Shown here: positions 1 to 12,800 of the stretch, piece after piece | Layout: each line of letters opens with the position of its first letter | Numbering within the stretch: the stretch's first letter is position 1 | Source of the DNA: Lepidodermella squamata | Taxonomy: Eukaryota; Animalia; Gastrotricha | NCBI GenBank assembly: GCA_047495785.1 | Contig: JBLDXI010000032.1 | Location: forward strand, 3,658,001 to 3,722,000 | Length of the DNA stretch: 64,000 nt | Direction of reading: 5' to 3' | Made by a program: the position numbers and the translations under genes | The notes under the pieces: model-generated | Seen by the model: the letters and a program-made list of their open reading frames with translations, nothing else | What the model was told of the DNA's origin: nothing | The model's database searches: none

Positions 1-224
1 GGCGTGTGCGCGTCTGGAGTCTGGAGTTCCTCCTGTTAGACGTTGCAACTTGCGCCCGGGGCCTGGGTGGAAGCCGTTGAAGCTGGTTGGGGGCGTGATA
101 CCAAGCTGGTCTTTCTATCCTTCCTTGGCGAAGCACTTTTCGAACTCATCGAATTGTTATAGGCGAAAACCGAGGTGAAAATGAGACTCGTGTCCGGAAC
201 ACATTTACTCGTCGTTTTTCAATT

Positions 225-1137
225 TCGTGGGTAAAACCTCTCAGAGATTCTTTTGAATTCGTCACCAGCATCGCGCAGGCTGCGATCGGCGGATAGAACC
301 ATTCTTTTTCCCTAGACCGTGGCCACTTTAGGGCGTAGGGGTCTGGGTTTAGGCCCGGCGACCGGCTCTGCTGCCTCTGGTCACAACCAGGGTATTGATA
401 CTTACTTTCAGTGTATCGCTGAGCTTCTTGAGAGAGGGAGCTTCCGCTTCCGCGAGATCACCTCCGTTGGTCGCTTCGAGGCACCAAAAACCACCACATC
501 ACACATTACACGATCGGCGCTCACGGCTAATGGCCTCATCGATAATGTCTTTGACACTCGAGAGATCCACGGATTTCAGCTTGCTGAGCTCCGCAAATCT
601 TGCTTCCATCTACTCTTGCTTTCAGGGTGATTCCCTCGTTAGCAGTAGTATTTTATTTATTTATTCAAGAGCATTTATCCCACTGTTGAGAGCTCGGTTA
701 TAAAAAATTGTCAGTGAGAAAAAAGGTGACAAAGTCATGATTATTCAGTCCTGTTCAGAATTCAAGAGTCAAGTAGATGTATAAAAATAAACAATTATTT
801 GGGATCGACAGCAGCTTGTTATATACACGCTCATCCGTTATTGAAATCAGGTGTTTATAAACAACTTGACGGCACGCGTTCGCGCTGTGGCAAGCATTAA
901 ATCCACAAGTACAAGCCGGATGTAATTCTGTGTAAGCAAGAATATCAATAGGACGACGGTAAGGATGTACAAAGGACCAGGGCACACATAGCCGACTTTG
1001 GTCGTGATGAGGTAGGTCGTAGGTCCAAGCATTTTTAGGCATGCCGAATGCCGATGCACCTTGACCAGGCCGCAAACCGAGCAGGTAATAGTTTAACATC
1101 CAGCGGTAAGAGGCTTTTCGCAATTGCAACATGCCAT
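225..1137 (-). mobile_element. Degenerate non-LTR retrotransposon (CR1/L2-like) ORF1 remnant with N-terminal PHD finger
   Basis: From ATG 1137 the minus strand reads MACCNCEKPLTAGC*TITCSVCGLVKVHRHSACLK...YVCP, a PHD-like Cys/His pattern with one in-frame stop. Frameshifted pieces at ~610-225 read EAISRERRSCNV/VVFGAS, GPKPRPLR and EKRMVLSADRSLRDAGDEFKRI, the typical ORF1 RRM/CTD succession (ERRxNxxxFG...PRPxxV). Boundaries are approximate. Confidence 0.55.
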
Positions 1138-1274
1138 CTTGGTAATATCAACAAATAGTGTAAACGTCCCCAACCTCAGAAAGTTATAATTCGCTAGCAG
1201 ATATGTGGAAGCCAACTCATCTGAAATCTGAAGTCATCTGAAATTCTATTCATTATTTAGATTTCCAAGATTGA

Positions 1275-3131
1275 ATGATGTCTAAGATTGTTGATAGCGA
1301 TGTAATAATTGTTGGCGCCGGAATTTCCGGTTTGGTTGCAGCTTATCACTTGAAGAGAACTCGACCTGATGTAAGCTTCAAAATTCTAGAAGCTCGATCT
1401 CGAGTTGGCGGACGTACGTTGGCTGTTGATATGAAAGTGTCCGGTGGTGGGACCGAAAAGTTTGACGTTGGAGGTCAATGGGTCGGCCCGGTTCAAACCG
1501 ATTTGTTGGAGTTATTTCAAGAGCTTGGATTGTCTGACAAACTCTATCCCCAATATCTATCTGGTACTAAAATTTGTTGGGTAGATCCTGGCCATGTTGT
1601 CAAATACACGACTGAACTGCCGCTTTATAACCCGATGATTTATTTGGAATGCTACACCTTCTTGAAGAAAATCGACTGCTTCGCCGAACAACTCGATATA
1701 AACAATCCTTACTTACGCAACCAAGCGTTAGCTGAATATCTAGATTCAATGACCCTGGAAGGTCTTATTCGGCTACATATTTACAGTCCAGAGCTACGTG
1801 AACTGATCAGAATCGGTATTAGAACTGCATTCGGCTTCGAAGCAAGCCAAATATCCGCGTTATACGGAGTGCTTTACGGAAAATCGTCCGGCCGAATGGA
1901 AAATTTATTTACTTCAACGAATGACGGCGCTCAGAAGCTGAAGTTGAAGGGCAGCATGTACCAGCTTAGTCTTTGTTTGAGAGATATTATCGGAGAGCAG
2001 AACATAATGTACGAGACACCTGTGTCAGCGATAGAACAGGTCTGAAGCTTTATGTCTGATTATAAATTCTTGACCATTTTCATAAAATAGACAAAAAATG
2101 GAGTCATTGTAACAGGTTCTTTGAACAAAGGAGGTTCACTGGTTCGGCTAACTGCGAAGAAAGTCATATTTGCCATACCCCCTCCTCACATTCGTAATAA
2201 GCTAATCGTTTTTTTTCGGAAACGTCTCAATTTTCTTTGAATTAGTAAAGCTGGAATTATCGCCTCCACTGCCTGCTTCGCGGATTGAGGTCCTCCGAGC
2301 GATGCCAATGTCTAATTTATTCAAATTTGTGATTACTTATGAACGGGTATGTGGAAGAGTTATATTATCTGTCTTTTGATCAGCTTGTTCTGTTTTTAGG
2401 CATTTTGGCGAGACAAAAATTTGTCAGGGGAAACTACGTGTTACGGCGGTGATGTCGATTTCTTGAACGAAACGGAGTGCCCTGTCGGTCCAGTTTCAGT
2501 CACTTTCGATCAGACATTACCCAGCGGAGCTCCTGCGATCGTCGGCTTTTCTGCGGGTCATCAAACCGTATACTGGGACCAAAAGCCGTTCGAAGTCCGT
2601 AAGAACGCTATATTGAAAACTCTGGCAAAAATGCTCGGCGAAGAAGCTTTGAGCCCTCTGGATTATCAGGAGAAAAATTGGGCACATGAAGAGTGGACGG
2701 GCGGTTGCCCTGTATCTTGCCTCCAGCCCGGAGCTGGCCGATTTTTCACGCCGAGTTTGCGGCTGCCATTCGGAGATATTCACATGGCTGGCACCGAAAC
2801 GGCGCAACGTTCGATAGGCTACATTTCAGGGGCAGTGCAAGCCGGTCGCCGAGCGGCTGTTGAAGTTCTGTATTGCCTAGGAAAACATTCGCCAAACGAC
2901 GCTGCGATCTTGGCGTCTACCTGCCACGGTCCAGCCGGTCGCGAGCTGAAATGGACGCCGAAGTGGTCGACCGTGAATGATCCCTGTATGGTTGGCCTGC
3001 AATCGACCCACTGGGGCTACAAGGCCGTGGCTGCAGTTAGCCTCGGTTTCTTAGTCTACCGGTTCTTTTGGTCAAAAAACAGTGGTGCTATCTTTAACTG
3101 TGATCGTTTCTTCAAATTGTTTGCCTGGTGA
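1275..3131 (+). CDS. Flavin-containing monoamine-oxidase-like amine oxidase (4 exons; introns ~2040-2090, ~2194-2244, ~2347-2400)
   Basis: FAD fingerprint DVIIVGAGISGLVAA, LEARSRVGGR and FDVGGQWVGP; C-terminal EEWTGGCP and HMAGTETA..GYISGAVQAGRRAA; hydrophobic tail anchor. ORFs 1275-2045 and 2421-3131 join through short GT-AG introns. Confidence 0.9.
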
Positions 3132-3156
3132 GGAAGATTGTATATTTTATGGGTTT

Positions 3157-5459
3157 GATTTATGGGAAGATCCGTCAAGAAAGTTCCGTCAGTGGAAAGT
3201 TAAAACACAGAAAGATAAATCAATAGAAAGTTCCTAAAATAGAAACATCCAGCAGTGGAAAGTTAAATTCGTGGAAACTTCCGTGCACACAATAGGTTTT
3301 CGTGGAAATTTCCGACACGCGCTCTCATAAGGCGCTTAATTAGGGCGATGCACGTGGCTAGCTGTGGTATAAAGACGTAGTTTAAACCAAATTACCAATC
3401 ATTTAGCAATTTGAAATGCACGGTTGTGAGTATTGCGATAAGTCATTTGCTACGAATCATGGCTTAAAGATTCACCTAGGCAGAGCCCACAAGGGTGCGG
3501 CGCAGCTTGATGCCAACACCACAGGTATTAATTCAGGCTAAAATACGGGAATAAAGTTATAAAAGAATTCATCTTTAGTGAGAGATAGCATGATTGAGCC
3601 TCCATTGGTTGCTTCTACGCCACTCTCCGCTTCTATGTCATCAGTGGCGAGTGAAGTCACCCTGCCACCAGCGCCACTGGTAACGCCACCGAATCCATTT
3701 CGAGCCGCGCCAGCTGATCCTATTCAGCCTGTTGAAGTCCAAGCGCCTCAACCCGCGGAACCTTGGGACATGCAGCCGTTACACCAGCACGTCCAACAGC
3801 CTGCTGTTCAACAACCTCTTGTACAACCGTATCTTCCCCAGCAGCCTCCATTCCAACAACCATTCCAACAACCTCAGCCAATTTGGCCTGATTGGATGGC
3901 TCAGCAGCAAGCAATTTGGCCGCGATTGCAACAGGAGAACGTTCCTCAGCTAATGAGGCCGCAGTGGGTTTATGTTTACCATCAGCCCGTCCCTCAAGCG
4001 CACATCATTCAAGCCCAGCCGGGTCATGTCGACTTTCCGCCCCCACCTCCGGTTTTCGAAGTACCTTTGCAGCCAGTTCAGCCAGCAAAAAGGTTCGTGA
4101 AGCCACCTGATCGCTTTTATCTCAACACCAAGAGGACGAATTGCCTGGCTGCTGATGGTCATTGCTATCGATGTCTGAAAAGAGGCTATTTCGTGTGCGA
4201 CCAATGCGGAGTCAAACCCATTTTGAATGCTGAAGGTACCCAAGTCGTCCGCCTTGAAGGTACTCACAAAGATAGCAAAGATTACTACCGCGTGGAAAAA
4301 GAAGTCATGATGGCGGCTGTCAGAGATCGAGTCGCTAATGACGTCACCGCATCGGTTCCGGAGATCTACGACGAGGAAACTGCAAATGCGTGCGACGCAG
4401 TTGAACGCTGGGGCCTCGAAGAAGCCAATCGCTCATTCGCAACTTACATCCCGAATTTCGAGTCATGTAAGAAGAGTTTGTACAACATTCGCAAGGCTGT
4501 TGAACCGCGCAATCCAACAACAGTGAAAGGCTTTTTCGACATTCTGAAAGAAGACTCTCCCCAAGCTGAAAAGGCTGCCAAGTACAAGGTGACTAGTAAC
4601 GGCAAGAAGTTTCTCAGGCATCACGAAATAGTTCGAAACATACCGATTCCAGGGGCATTCGCCGTATACGCCACCGATGACGACCTCATTCGAGCAGCAA
4701 GTTCAGAACGGCTTTTCGTAGACGGAACATTCAAAATTGTCCCGAAGCAGTTCACGCAGTTACTGACCTTCCACACCCTTGAAGACAGCCAGACCCGCGA
4801 TGCCTACGCTGCTCCGGCTATCTATGTTCTTCTTACGAATAAAAGCCAAGACTTGTACGAAAAGGTGTTCGAATACCTCAAAGCTGAGATGATCCGGCTT
4901 CATACTTTCATCCTCTTCACTCAGCTCACCTGCGATTACGAATTGGCACTTCTGAATGCAGCTCGTAAAATTTTCGGCGTGTCAATTGTGGGTTGCCACT
5001 TCCATTTCTCCCAAGCAATTTTGAGAAGGATTCTTATCCTGGGTCTCTGGGATGAGTACACCGAGCCGGGTAGCTTGGTGAGAAAAGCCATCAGGCGATG
5101 CATGGCCTTGCCACTACTGCCAGTTCATCAGATCGGCACTGCGTACCAAGATTGAAGATGGCGCCAGTGTCCTAGCCGACCTTCGCGTGGCTGACGAGGG
5201 CAGCGATGAAGAGACTGATTGATTGAATTTCGTGATAATAAACATTAAACATTTTGCTCGGAACTTTCTACTGCATATAACACTTGATCGGAACTTTCCA
5301 CTAATTTCGCAATGTATATAAAAATAAATTTTGGTCGGAAGTTTCCACAACATTAAGCAATTGATCGGAAATATCTACAAAAACATGCACGGAAAGTACA
5401 CAGGGTTATGACGGAACTTTCCACTGCAGGAACTTTCTGGACGGATCTTCCCATGCACC
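3157..5459 (+). mobile_element. Mutator (MULE) DNA transposon, ~2.3 kb, internally deleted
   Basis: ~45-bp imperfect TIRs (left GATTTATGGGAAGATCCGTCAAGAAAGTTCC; right reverse complement GGTGCATGGGAAGATCCGTCCAGAAAGTTCC). Subterminal GGAAA(G/C/T)TT repeats at both ends. Identical 8-bp flanks ATGGGTTT at 3149-3156 and 5460-5467 (TSD). Internal MULE transposase. Confidence 0.92.
3416..5155 (+). CDS. MULE transposase, truncated; N-terminal C2H2 zinc finger exon (3416-3524, intron 3525-3578)
   Basis: Exon 1 reads MHGCEYCDKSFATNHGLKIHLGRAH (C2H2) and splices in frame to ORF 3578-5155. That ORF has LFVDGTFK, TCDYELAL and GCHFHFSQA (MULE D, D, CxxH). It stops before the third catalytic Glu region. 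Confidence 0.85.
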
Positions 5460-6508
5460 ATGGGTTTCGTGTGATACAATTAAAATGAAATGAAGCGGCT
5501 TTTGATCTTCAATGGAATAAACAGTATTTTTTGCATGAACCGGCGGTGAACTCCAACGATAGGCAAATGCACCTCACCGTTTACCTTGTGGAAAGTACTC
5601 CTGTTAACAACATGAAGCGCCCCATTGAAGACATTTTGCCCCGTAATTCAGCTACCACAGTAATTAAGAACTGTAACATCACGTAAAAGTCAAGGCGGTA
5701 TTTCGCTGCTGGAATTGAGAATAATTGCACGGCGCTATAATGAAAGTAGGCTTTGTTATAAGTCGCCGGGTTGTGGGGGAATTGCTGGAGATACACGAGT
5801 TTCGCACTTTGTGGCCTCCCGCGTGGGCACGCTGAAGTCGCGGCTCTATATGATGGTCGGGTGGTAATGGCACTGAGTTACATAAAAACCAAAATGGTTC
5901 GCAGATTTTTTGTTATGAAGAACGCAATTAGGGACGTCGAATTCCTCATTATTTAATGGTTTGGCAATTAAGCGGCTCGCCACTTGATAGCTTGATCACG
6001 TGCCATGATTGATCAATCGCATATATTGATGAAGATTTTCATCCAGAATAGGCATTGCCATCTGTTTAAAGGCACGAAAGTTCGCTGTTTTACTAAGCTT
6101 CAGGTTTTAATCGCGCTCAACTAGCCTTTTCTTATCATTAAATCTCTTGAATTCAATGCAAAAAGTGTGGCATTAAGGGTATTATTACGCGACGATCTAG
6201 AGCAAAATTTGTTTATTTCAATGAACGAACGTGTTTAACCTCAAGAGCGAGCCGGACAACATGAGTCCATGTGAGTAAGCTAAGCGGCGTGGCTCCCCGA
6301 TGATTCAGCCATTTCATACGCCTATAAGCAGTTTGGTAGAAAAAAACACGTGCGGTAAACATGTTTACAAAAAAATCATTGAACAACCGTCACGCAACTA
6401 TACTAACGCTGTTTTAAAGCTAACGCCGTTGAAACGCTACATTTGCGTGCATTCATATTATGATCCATATATTAGGGATAATTTGTGGTCTTGTCTCAGA
6501 CAGAGAAA

Positions 6509-6751
6509 ATTCGCATTGACGAAAATCCTGTTTCCGACTTTCTTAAAAGCTTGCTGATTTTCCGCGAGGTTAAGCTTCCGAGGTCTGGGATTAAGCGTGT
6601 TGTCTTACAGTTTTGACTGTGACATAAACAGGTGGCATCGCATTTCGCATACCTGGCGCTATAGAATGATGTGTATCTCGGAAGCTGAACCTCGAAGAAA
6701 ATCAGCAAGCTTTTAAGAAAATCGGAAACAGGATTTTGTTTTTATGCGAAT
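6509..6751. repeat. Inverted-repeat (MITE/foldback-like) element, ~75-bp arms
   Basis: ATTCGCAT...AAAATCCTGTTTCCGACTTTCTTAAAAGCTTGCTGATTTTC...AGCTTCCGAG at ~6509-6582 is mirrored with few mismatches at ~6676-6751. No clear TSD. Confidence 0.75.
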
Positions 6752-7098
6752 CGTGCACGCGATGTCTCAATTTTACAGACGTTTATTTTAAATTTATCTC
6801 GAATTTCAAGCGCTTTGCGCATTTAAAAGCTCAGAAATTCTCAGAAAAACTCATTTTCTAGCGAAAATAATGCGACACTTATCATGCGAATCACGACTTA
6901 TACTTGAAAGCTTCTCGCCATATTGCGTACATATGCGTTTGTTCGTTTCGCCTTACTGAACTTCAGTTGAGTGATTGATGTTCCACTTTTGGTAATTCGC
7001 TGTCAATTAGGATTGCTCGATATTGACATAATTCTCCCTTTTCATTGCTCTAATTTTCAATTCATAGTGAAGTTAACATTTCTCAAGCTTGAATAAAA

Positions 7099-8157
7099 AT
7101 GCTGGAATTTCTGCAACTTTTCACTGGAATGAGCATCTGGTCGTGTATCGGCGTGGAAGTCGCCCTCCTAGCCATCGTGTACTCGTTCGGCCGGAAACTG
7201 ATGAGCAATTTGCGCGAACTTCGGCAATACACTGCATCTCTAGCAACAAAGCGAGTTGTATCGCCGAAGGACCGTTTGGTGATGATCACAGGCTGCGACT
7301 CTGGTTTTGGAAAATCAGCGGCAATACACTTCCACAACCTTGGCTACGCGGTGTTTGCGTTTTGCTTGGATGCTGAAACTGCTTCGAAAAACCCGGAATT
7401 TTCGTCGCGCATCGGCTCTGACGGCTTCAATGTAGTCAAAATGGATGTGACTAATGAGTGGGATGTTGATTTAGCTGTCTTACGCGTCAAAGAATGGCTA
7501 ATTGAGCATCCCACTTATCAACCTTGGGCGCTGATCAACAATTCAGGAGTAATGCAGGCTATGGTGCCGTTCGAATTTCTGACGATCAATTCATGCCGCA
7601 AAATGTTCGACGTCAATTACTTCGGCGCTGTGACGGTAACTAACGCTTTTCTACCGCTTTTGAGGCAAGAACGGGGTAGCCGAATCATCATAACTTCCTC
7701 TATTGCCGCCGAAGTCCCGCCTGTGTCCTTCAACATGGCATCATACTGCGCATCCAAAGCGGCAACAATGGCTGCTTTCGACGTCCTTCGTTGCGAAGTT
7801 CGGAAGTTTGGAATTCACGTGTCTGCTGTCTGCCCTGATTTCTATCGGACTGAAATTGCAAACCCTGAGCGCAATGTCAAGGCCTTTGATTCGGAAATCG
7901 ATCACGTCAGCAACTATGTTGCCGATGCGTACGGCGGAAGCTCTTACACGGATCGTCTGCGTGCTGGGGTCGCAGGGTGCGTCGAAATGGCTAAAAGCGA
8001 CCTTAGCCCTGTCGTTGATGCTTTCGTCGAAGCCGTGTCATCCGTTTGTCCCAAACGGCGCTATTTCCCGGTGAGCAGCCAGTCGAGATGGATGAGACTG
8101 CTGTACAAAATTTCGCCGAATACTGTTGACAATATGTGTGCCAAAATAAACCAGTGA
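7099..8157 (+). CDS. Short-chain dehydrogenase/reductase (RDH/17-beta-HSD/BDH1-like), intronless
   Basis: ITGCDSGFG cofactor motif, LINNSG, DVNYFG, catalytic YCASK, and an N-terminal membrane anchor. Confidence 0.92.
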   Translation: MLEFLQLFTGMSIWSCIGVEVALLAIVYSFGRKLMSNLRELRQYTASLATKRVVSPKDRLVMITGCDSGFGKSAAIHFHNLGYAVFAFCLDAETASKNPEFSSRIGSDGFNVVKMDVTNEWDVDLAVLRVKEWLIEHPTYQPWALINNSGVMQAMVPFEFLTINSCRKMFDVNYFGAVTVTNAFLPLLRQERGSRIIITSSIAAEVPPVSFNMASYCASKAATMAAFDVLRCEVRKFGIHVSAVCPDFYRTEIANPERNVKAFDSEIDHVSNYVADAYGGSSYTDRLRAGVAGCVEMAKSDLSPVVDAFVEAVSSVCPKRRYFPVSSQSRWMRLLYKISPNTVDNMCAKINQ

Positions 8158-9860
8158 GTCATCGCCGTTAAACCTGTGGACATTTTCAAAATGACATAAT
8201 TATTTTCTTTTTTTATCCATCATTCGTGAAGCTAAAACTCAAGCTTTATCATAAACACGTTCTCTAAGCCTCATTTTTCTTTGTATTTTACAATAACTGC
8301 GATATCAGGCTGTATATAATATTAGTCTGATGAGGATTATTGAACTCGACGCTTTTGATTTTTGATCTGGTCTTTTCTATAAATTTGAATAAATAAATGA
8401 TAAGCACGTGCTTATATTATCAGGTTGGTATTATTTTTTATGAAAAAAAATAACAAAATCTCTGTCGCTTCAGTGCCACAGTCTGTCGTGCCACACCGAC
8501 ATGCCGAAATGGGGCGACTTTAAGAAATATTGAAGGTGACAAAGCAAAGACCCCTTGAGTAGGGTGCCCTTCGAAAGCCCAAAGAAACTGGCAAAGTAAA
8601 CTGGCCGCATCCTAAATAGTGTTCGCAATGGCCATAGAACAAATTGGATCGGACATGTCAGGTTTTATTATAGGTAGTTTTTTACTAAAACTAAAAACTA
8701 GTCTTTATACCTAGGTGGTTTTTGGCGTTTTTATGACGTTTACGCTCATCATGCCGATCACGCCAAGCCATTTAGTAAGAAATAGCTTGCCATAGCCGTT
8801 CAAATTCGAACCTAAAAATGAGCTCTTTCAAGTTTTTCCAGTGGTTTAGGAGAATGAAGGACTGGATGTCTGGATGAATTTAGTAGGTTTTAGCACGACA
8901 GATTAGCCTCATATATCTATTCCCAGAATGTTTAATAATTTCCCTCGACATTTTTCAGGAGTTCAGAAATCCCTGATGCTTCCAAGGAAGCTATTTTCCT
9001 CTTAAATTATTCTGCTCTATGCCTGTAATTTGATCTCGAGATATTAATAGCATCAATGGAACCATTTTTTGCTAAAAATATTCTCGTTAACAAAATCGGG
9101 AAAAAACAAGAGGATTTGAGCGTCCTTTCTGAATCGCACTGTAGATGCATAATGGACATCGACCAAACATCAACATCCCTCAGGATAACGGGTAAACAGG
9201 CTCACGTGACGAGTCTTTTTCATCAGCATCGCATCCCTGTCAATATTTCTGGCGAAGTAACGTCGAAAAATGAAAAAAAAACAAGCCGCGTCTTTAGAAC
9301 AATGTCGCGTTTCCATCTTTATTATTCGGCATCTTTTTTATAATATCTATCGCATCATTTTAGGTCTCAAAGCACAAATAATATCGCAATTTAGAATCAT
9401 TGCAGTAAAACCATAGCTTCGTCGATCGCATCAGTGCAATCTTATGTACACACAATAATCATTACATTCGCGATAAAAAATGAAACAAAAGGAAGTGAAC
9501 GATTTCAGCACTTGTATCGGTATTTGCTTTCGTGACTTTTATTTACAAATAAAAAAGTATCGTAGGGTGAGAAAGGAACAAAACAACTGACTTCTAAAGC
9601 GAAAAACAGAGCCAAAATCTTGGCGAACATTGTAAATGAGCACCCTCAATGTTCAAGACTAGCGCCGACTGGAATTCAGATCTAGATTCCTCTATATACG
9701 CAAAACATTACTTCGACTTGGATGGAATTTGATTGTTAAGGTGATACTACGATAAAACGTTTGAACAACAAAACAACGCGATTTTGGCAAGCCGTTTCGA
9801 CCAGAAAAATAGCAAATAAAAATCCGCCTTATTCAAAATACGCAATTTCTCGTCGCTCTA

Positions 9861-12800
9861 TCATCTGCCAGCTAGATTTACCAGGTCGCCGTTGTGGTCC
9901 TCATAATCACGTTCTTCGTCGGCAATTTTCCGCGATTCCACAGGTTGGGCGGGTGCTGCAACGGGCGGATCTTCCAGCTTTTCCGGGGCTATCGACGCCG
10001 CGGATTGAACGTGCTCACTCAATTTTGCCGCCATGTGTTTCCGATTACCGAGACCTATCTCAAGCCTAGCCCGGCATGATTCGATCTGGTCGGTTAGCGG
10101 GTAGCTGTCGCAGTTGGTCGTCGACTGGCGATACAGCCGTTTCAGGCCCGGGTCAACCGCCCGGAACACGTGAAGCTGCGTGCAGGCTAGGAAAACATCA
10201 GCAACATCAACTGGCGATTGCTTCGCCCCGTTCCGCTCATTTATTGTTCTTCTACACTCGGAATAGTCCGATAAATAGAACGCGGCAGTGTCAAAGTCAA
10301 ACTGGTCGAAATGACCGTGCCTTGACGTTAAATCAACGACGTTTTCAGTCGAGGCAGTTGATGCAGATGCTGCAGTCGAAGAAGAACTGGTCTGCGGGGC
10401 AGGGCTGGTGGCACCGTTAATCGCACTCAGGAGCAAAGGTTCAGCAATCAAACTTGGGTGATATTGGGAAAACGCTATCGGGAAGTAGACCTGGTACTTC
10501 CGGATCGCCATCAATCGAACCCGGTTGAGAAATTCTCGGCTCAAAAGCGATTCTGGGGGCAACATAAGCACCAGCCAATCTTCACTGTCCTTCCCATTTG
10601 TCTGCCTAGATCTGACAACTGCTTCGAAGAGATGTAGCGACGATCGATGGGGTGTTTGAACACTGAGCCAGGCCAACCGACCAGGGAACTGAGACTCGCC
10701 ATCGGCGACTTGTGATTTCAGTTTCATGAAAGGGTCAACTGCAGTTGTTGAGCTGGGATATACGAGGAGTAGCCATAATTTCAACCGATCGCCGACTTTC
10801 AGCAGAGATAGCACCTGTTCGAGGAAGGCGAGGCCGGTTTCTTCTGCCTCCTCGCTGTCATCTACGAAAATCGGCACGACCAAGGTGATTACCGCGTCTT
10901 CGGTCACGTGAGGAGCGTTGACTGGTTCGAGTCGGTTGAGCGGTTTAAGGACGTGCATAAATTTAAGGACCTTTTCGTGAGTTTCGATGTCGTCGAACAA
11001 CAGGTAGAGCAAATATTCCATACCACGGACTGGGTCGAATTTGCGATAACCACTTTCCAAAGAAAGGAACCGATACCTGCAAAATGAAAACATGAAAAAT
11101 GTAATCAAACCTTCTAAAATTGAAACTTTTGACAGCTCATTAAAATACCCACGATTAACGGTTCGTGATATAGTCCACGATCTCAGGATTTACTGTAATA
11201 AGAATTAAGACAAACCCCAAACTCGAAAAAGAGTATTTAGGAAAACCTAGAGCTTGCGTCTCAAATTTAGAGCTGAAACCCTACATTTAAGGTGTTAACT
11301 AGACACAACCATTTGAAATAAACAAATTGAAGGCAGATAATATGGCAGCAAATCTGAACAATTATTTATTTTCCTAAAAATATCGATGGCAATGCGAGCA
11401 AAAGCCCTTTCGTGCACTAGAATGTTGGCAATAAGGGCAAGTCAATGACGAAACGCCGACAACTGGCTGCAAGTTATTGATCGTACTGACGGCAACTGGA
11501 TTAGCATGTGAGTGGACTTGGTGGTGTTGGATGCAGATGCAACACGAGGCGTCGGTGGCCGGGTAGCACGAGCCTTCAGTCGGGCAACACGGGTCGCCGT
11601 GTAGCCGGCCGCAACACTCGCCGTCGACTATGCCCTGGCGGCGGCATATCACGTAGTGGAAGAGTAGGATCAGTGTGATGAGAAACAGCACCGCCATAAG
11701 CGAGGCAACAGCCAGCATTATGATGAACTCATTCGAGTAGACAGCCGACGAATACGTGGTGTTCGGAATGAAATTTTGAACATAAATCGGCACGCCATAA
11801 GGGTAATTGGTGAAATTCACGGGAGTTAAGGTGGATGAAGACATTTTTTGCAACAATTTTTAAGCGAATCCCCTTTTAGTGCTACACGCGTGTTTCTTAG
11901 CAACTAGGTTCTACCTATTCATGTCATTAGAAAACTATTCACACATACCTCTTTGGGTTAGCTTTTTCAATGAAAGCACTAGCAGATGCAGTCACGCCTT
12001 GAACGTCCTCCAGATCAGGTCCAGCAAGCGGTGTCACTGTCGTGTATTCGTCGGTGAAAAAGACGTGTGTGGAATTGAGGAACTGCCACGGGGCAATGTC
12101 GAAGCGTTGTTTCGGCTTCAGCGGCGGCTGAACGTCGATCGGCCATGACGGCTTGTTTTCGCCCGATGGCAAGTGACTGACCAGGGTGGCTAGCTCTTCA
12201 CGCACGCGGCCCAACTCGGCAAGAGACGTATTGTAGTCGTTTTCGAGGAATAATTTATCGAGGGTGTGGTACTGTGATTGAGTTGAAATCGGGTATACTG
12301 CCCAAGAATTTGATATTTTAGGCAAGAGGTTGACGTCACTGGGATATTCGGCGACCTAAACATATCAAGTTATTAAAAAATGGAGTTTTTTCAAATATAT
12401 TTGGTCCCTGTTTTCAATCTATGACCGGTGAAAACCCGAAGGAAAATATTTTTTTTAACATCAAATTGACTTTTTTTAACATCAAATTACTTTTTCTATC
12501 ATCAAACTCTTTTTTCAACAGCAAAATTCAGAAATTATTATTTGACAGGGAAGAATATACTTTCATGATGAAGTTGTGGAGTTTAAGTGCCTATCACCTC
12601 GGGTGATGATAGCGGGACCCAGACTCATGCCAGACCAATGATCAAAACTTCTGAGTAGCACGCCTCAGGAAGGCGTGCTAATGATAGGAAGCTGTTCTCA
12701 ACAATCAGGGGTCTGCGCTAATCGATTATTGGATTTTTTGGCGATTCATAGTGGTTGAAAGACATTTTGAATTATAAAGAGACCTCGCTAACGGTGGCGA

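Noticed and set aside
755-1132. 125-aa ORF (and plus-strand ORFs 319-630, 395-703) as real genes
   Set aside because: No recognisable domain. The meaningful PHD/ORF1 signal lies in other, interrupted frames.
8440-9400. Intergenic stretch that might be a transposon relic
   Set aside because: I found no TIR, TSD or coding remnant.
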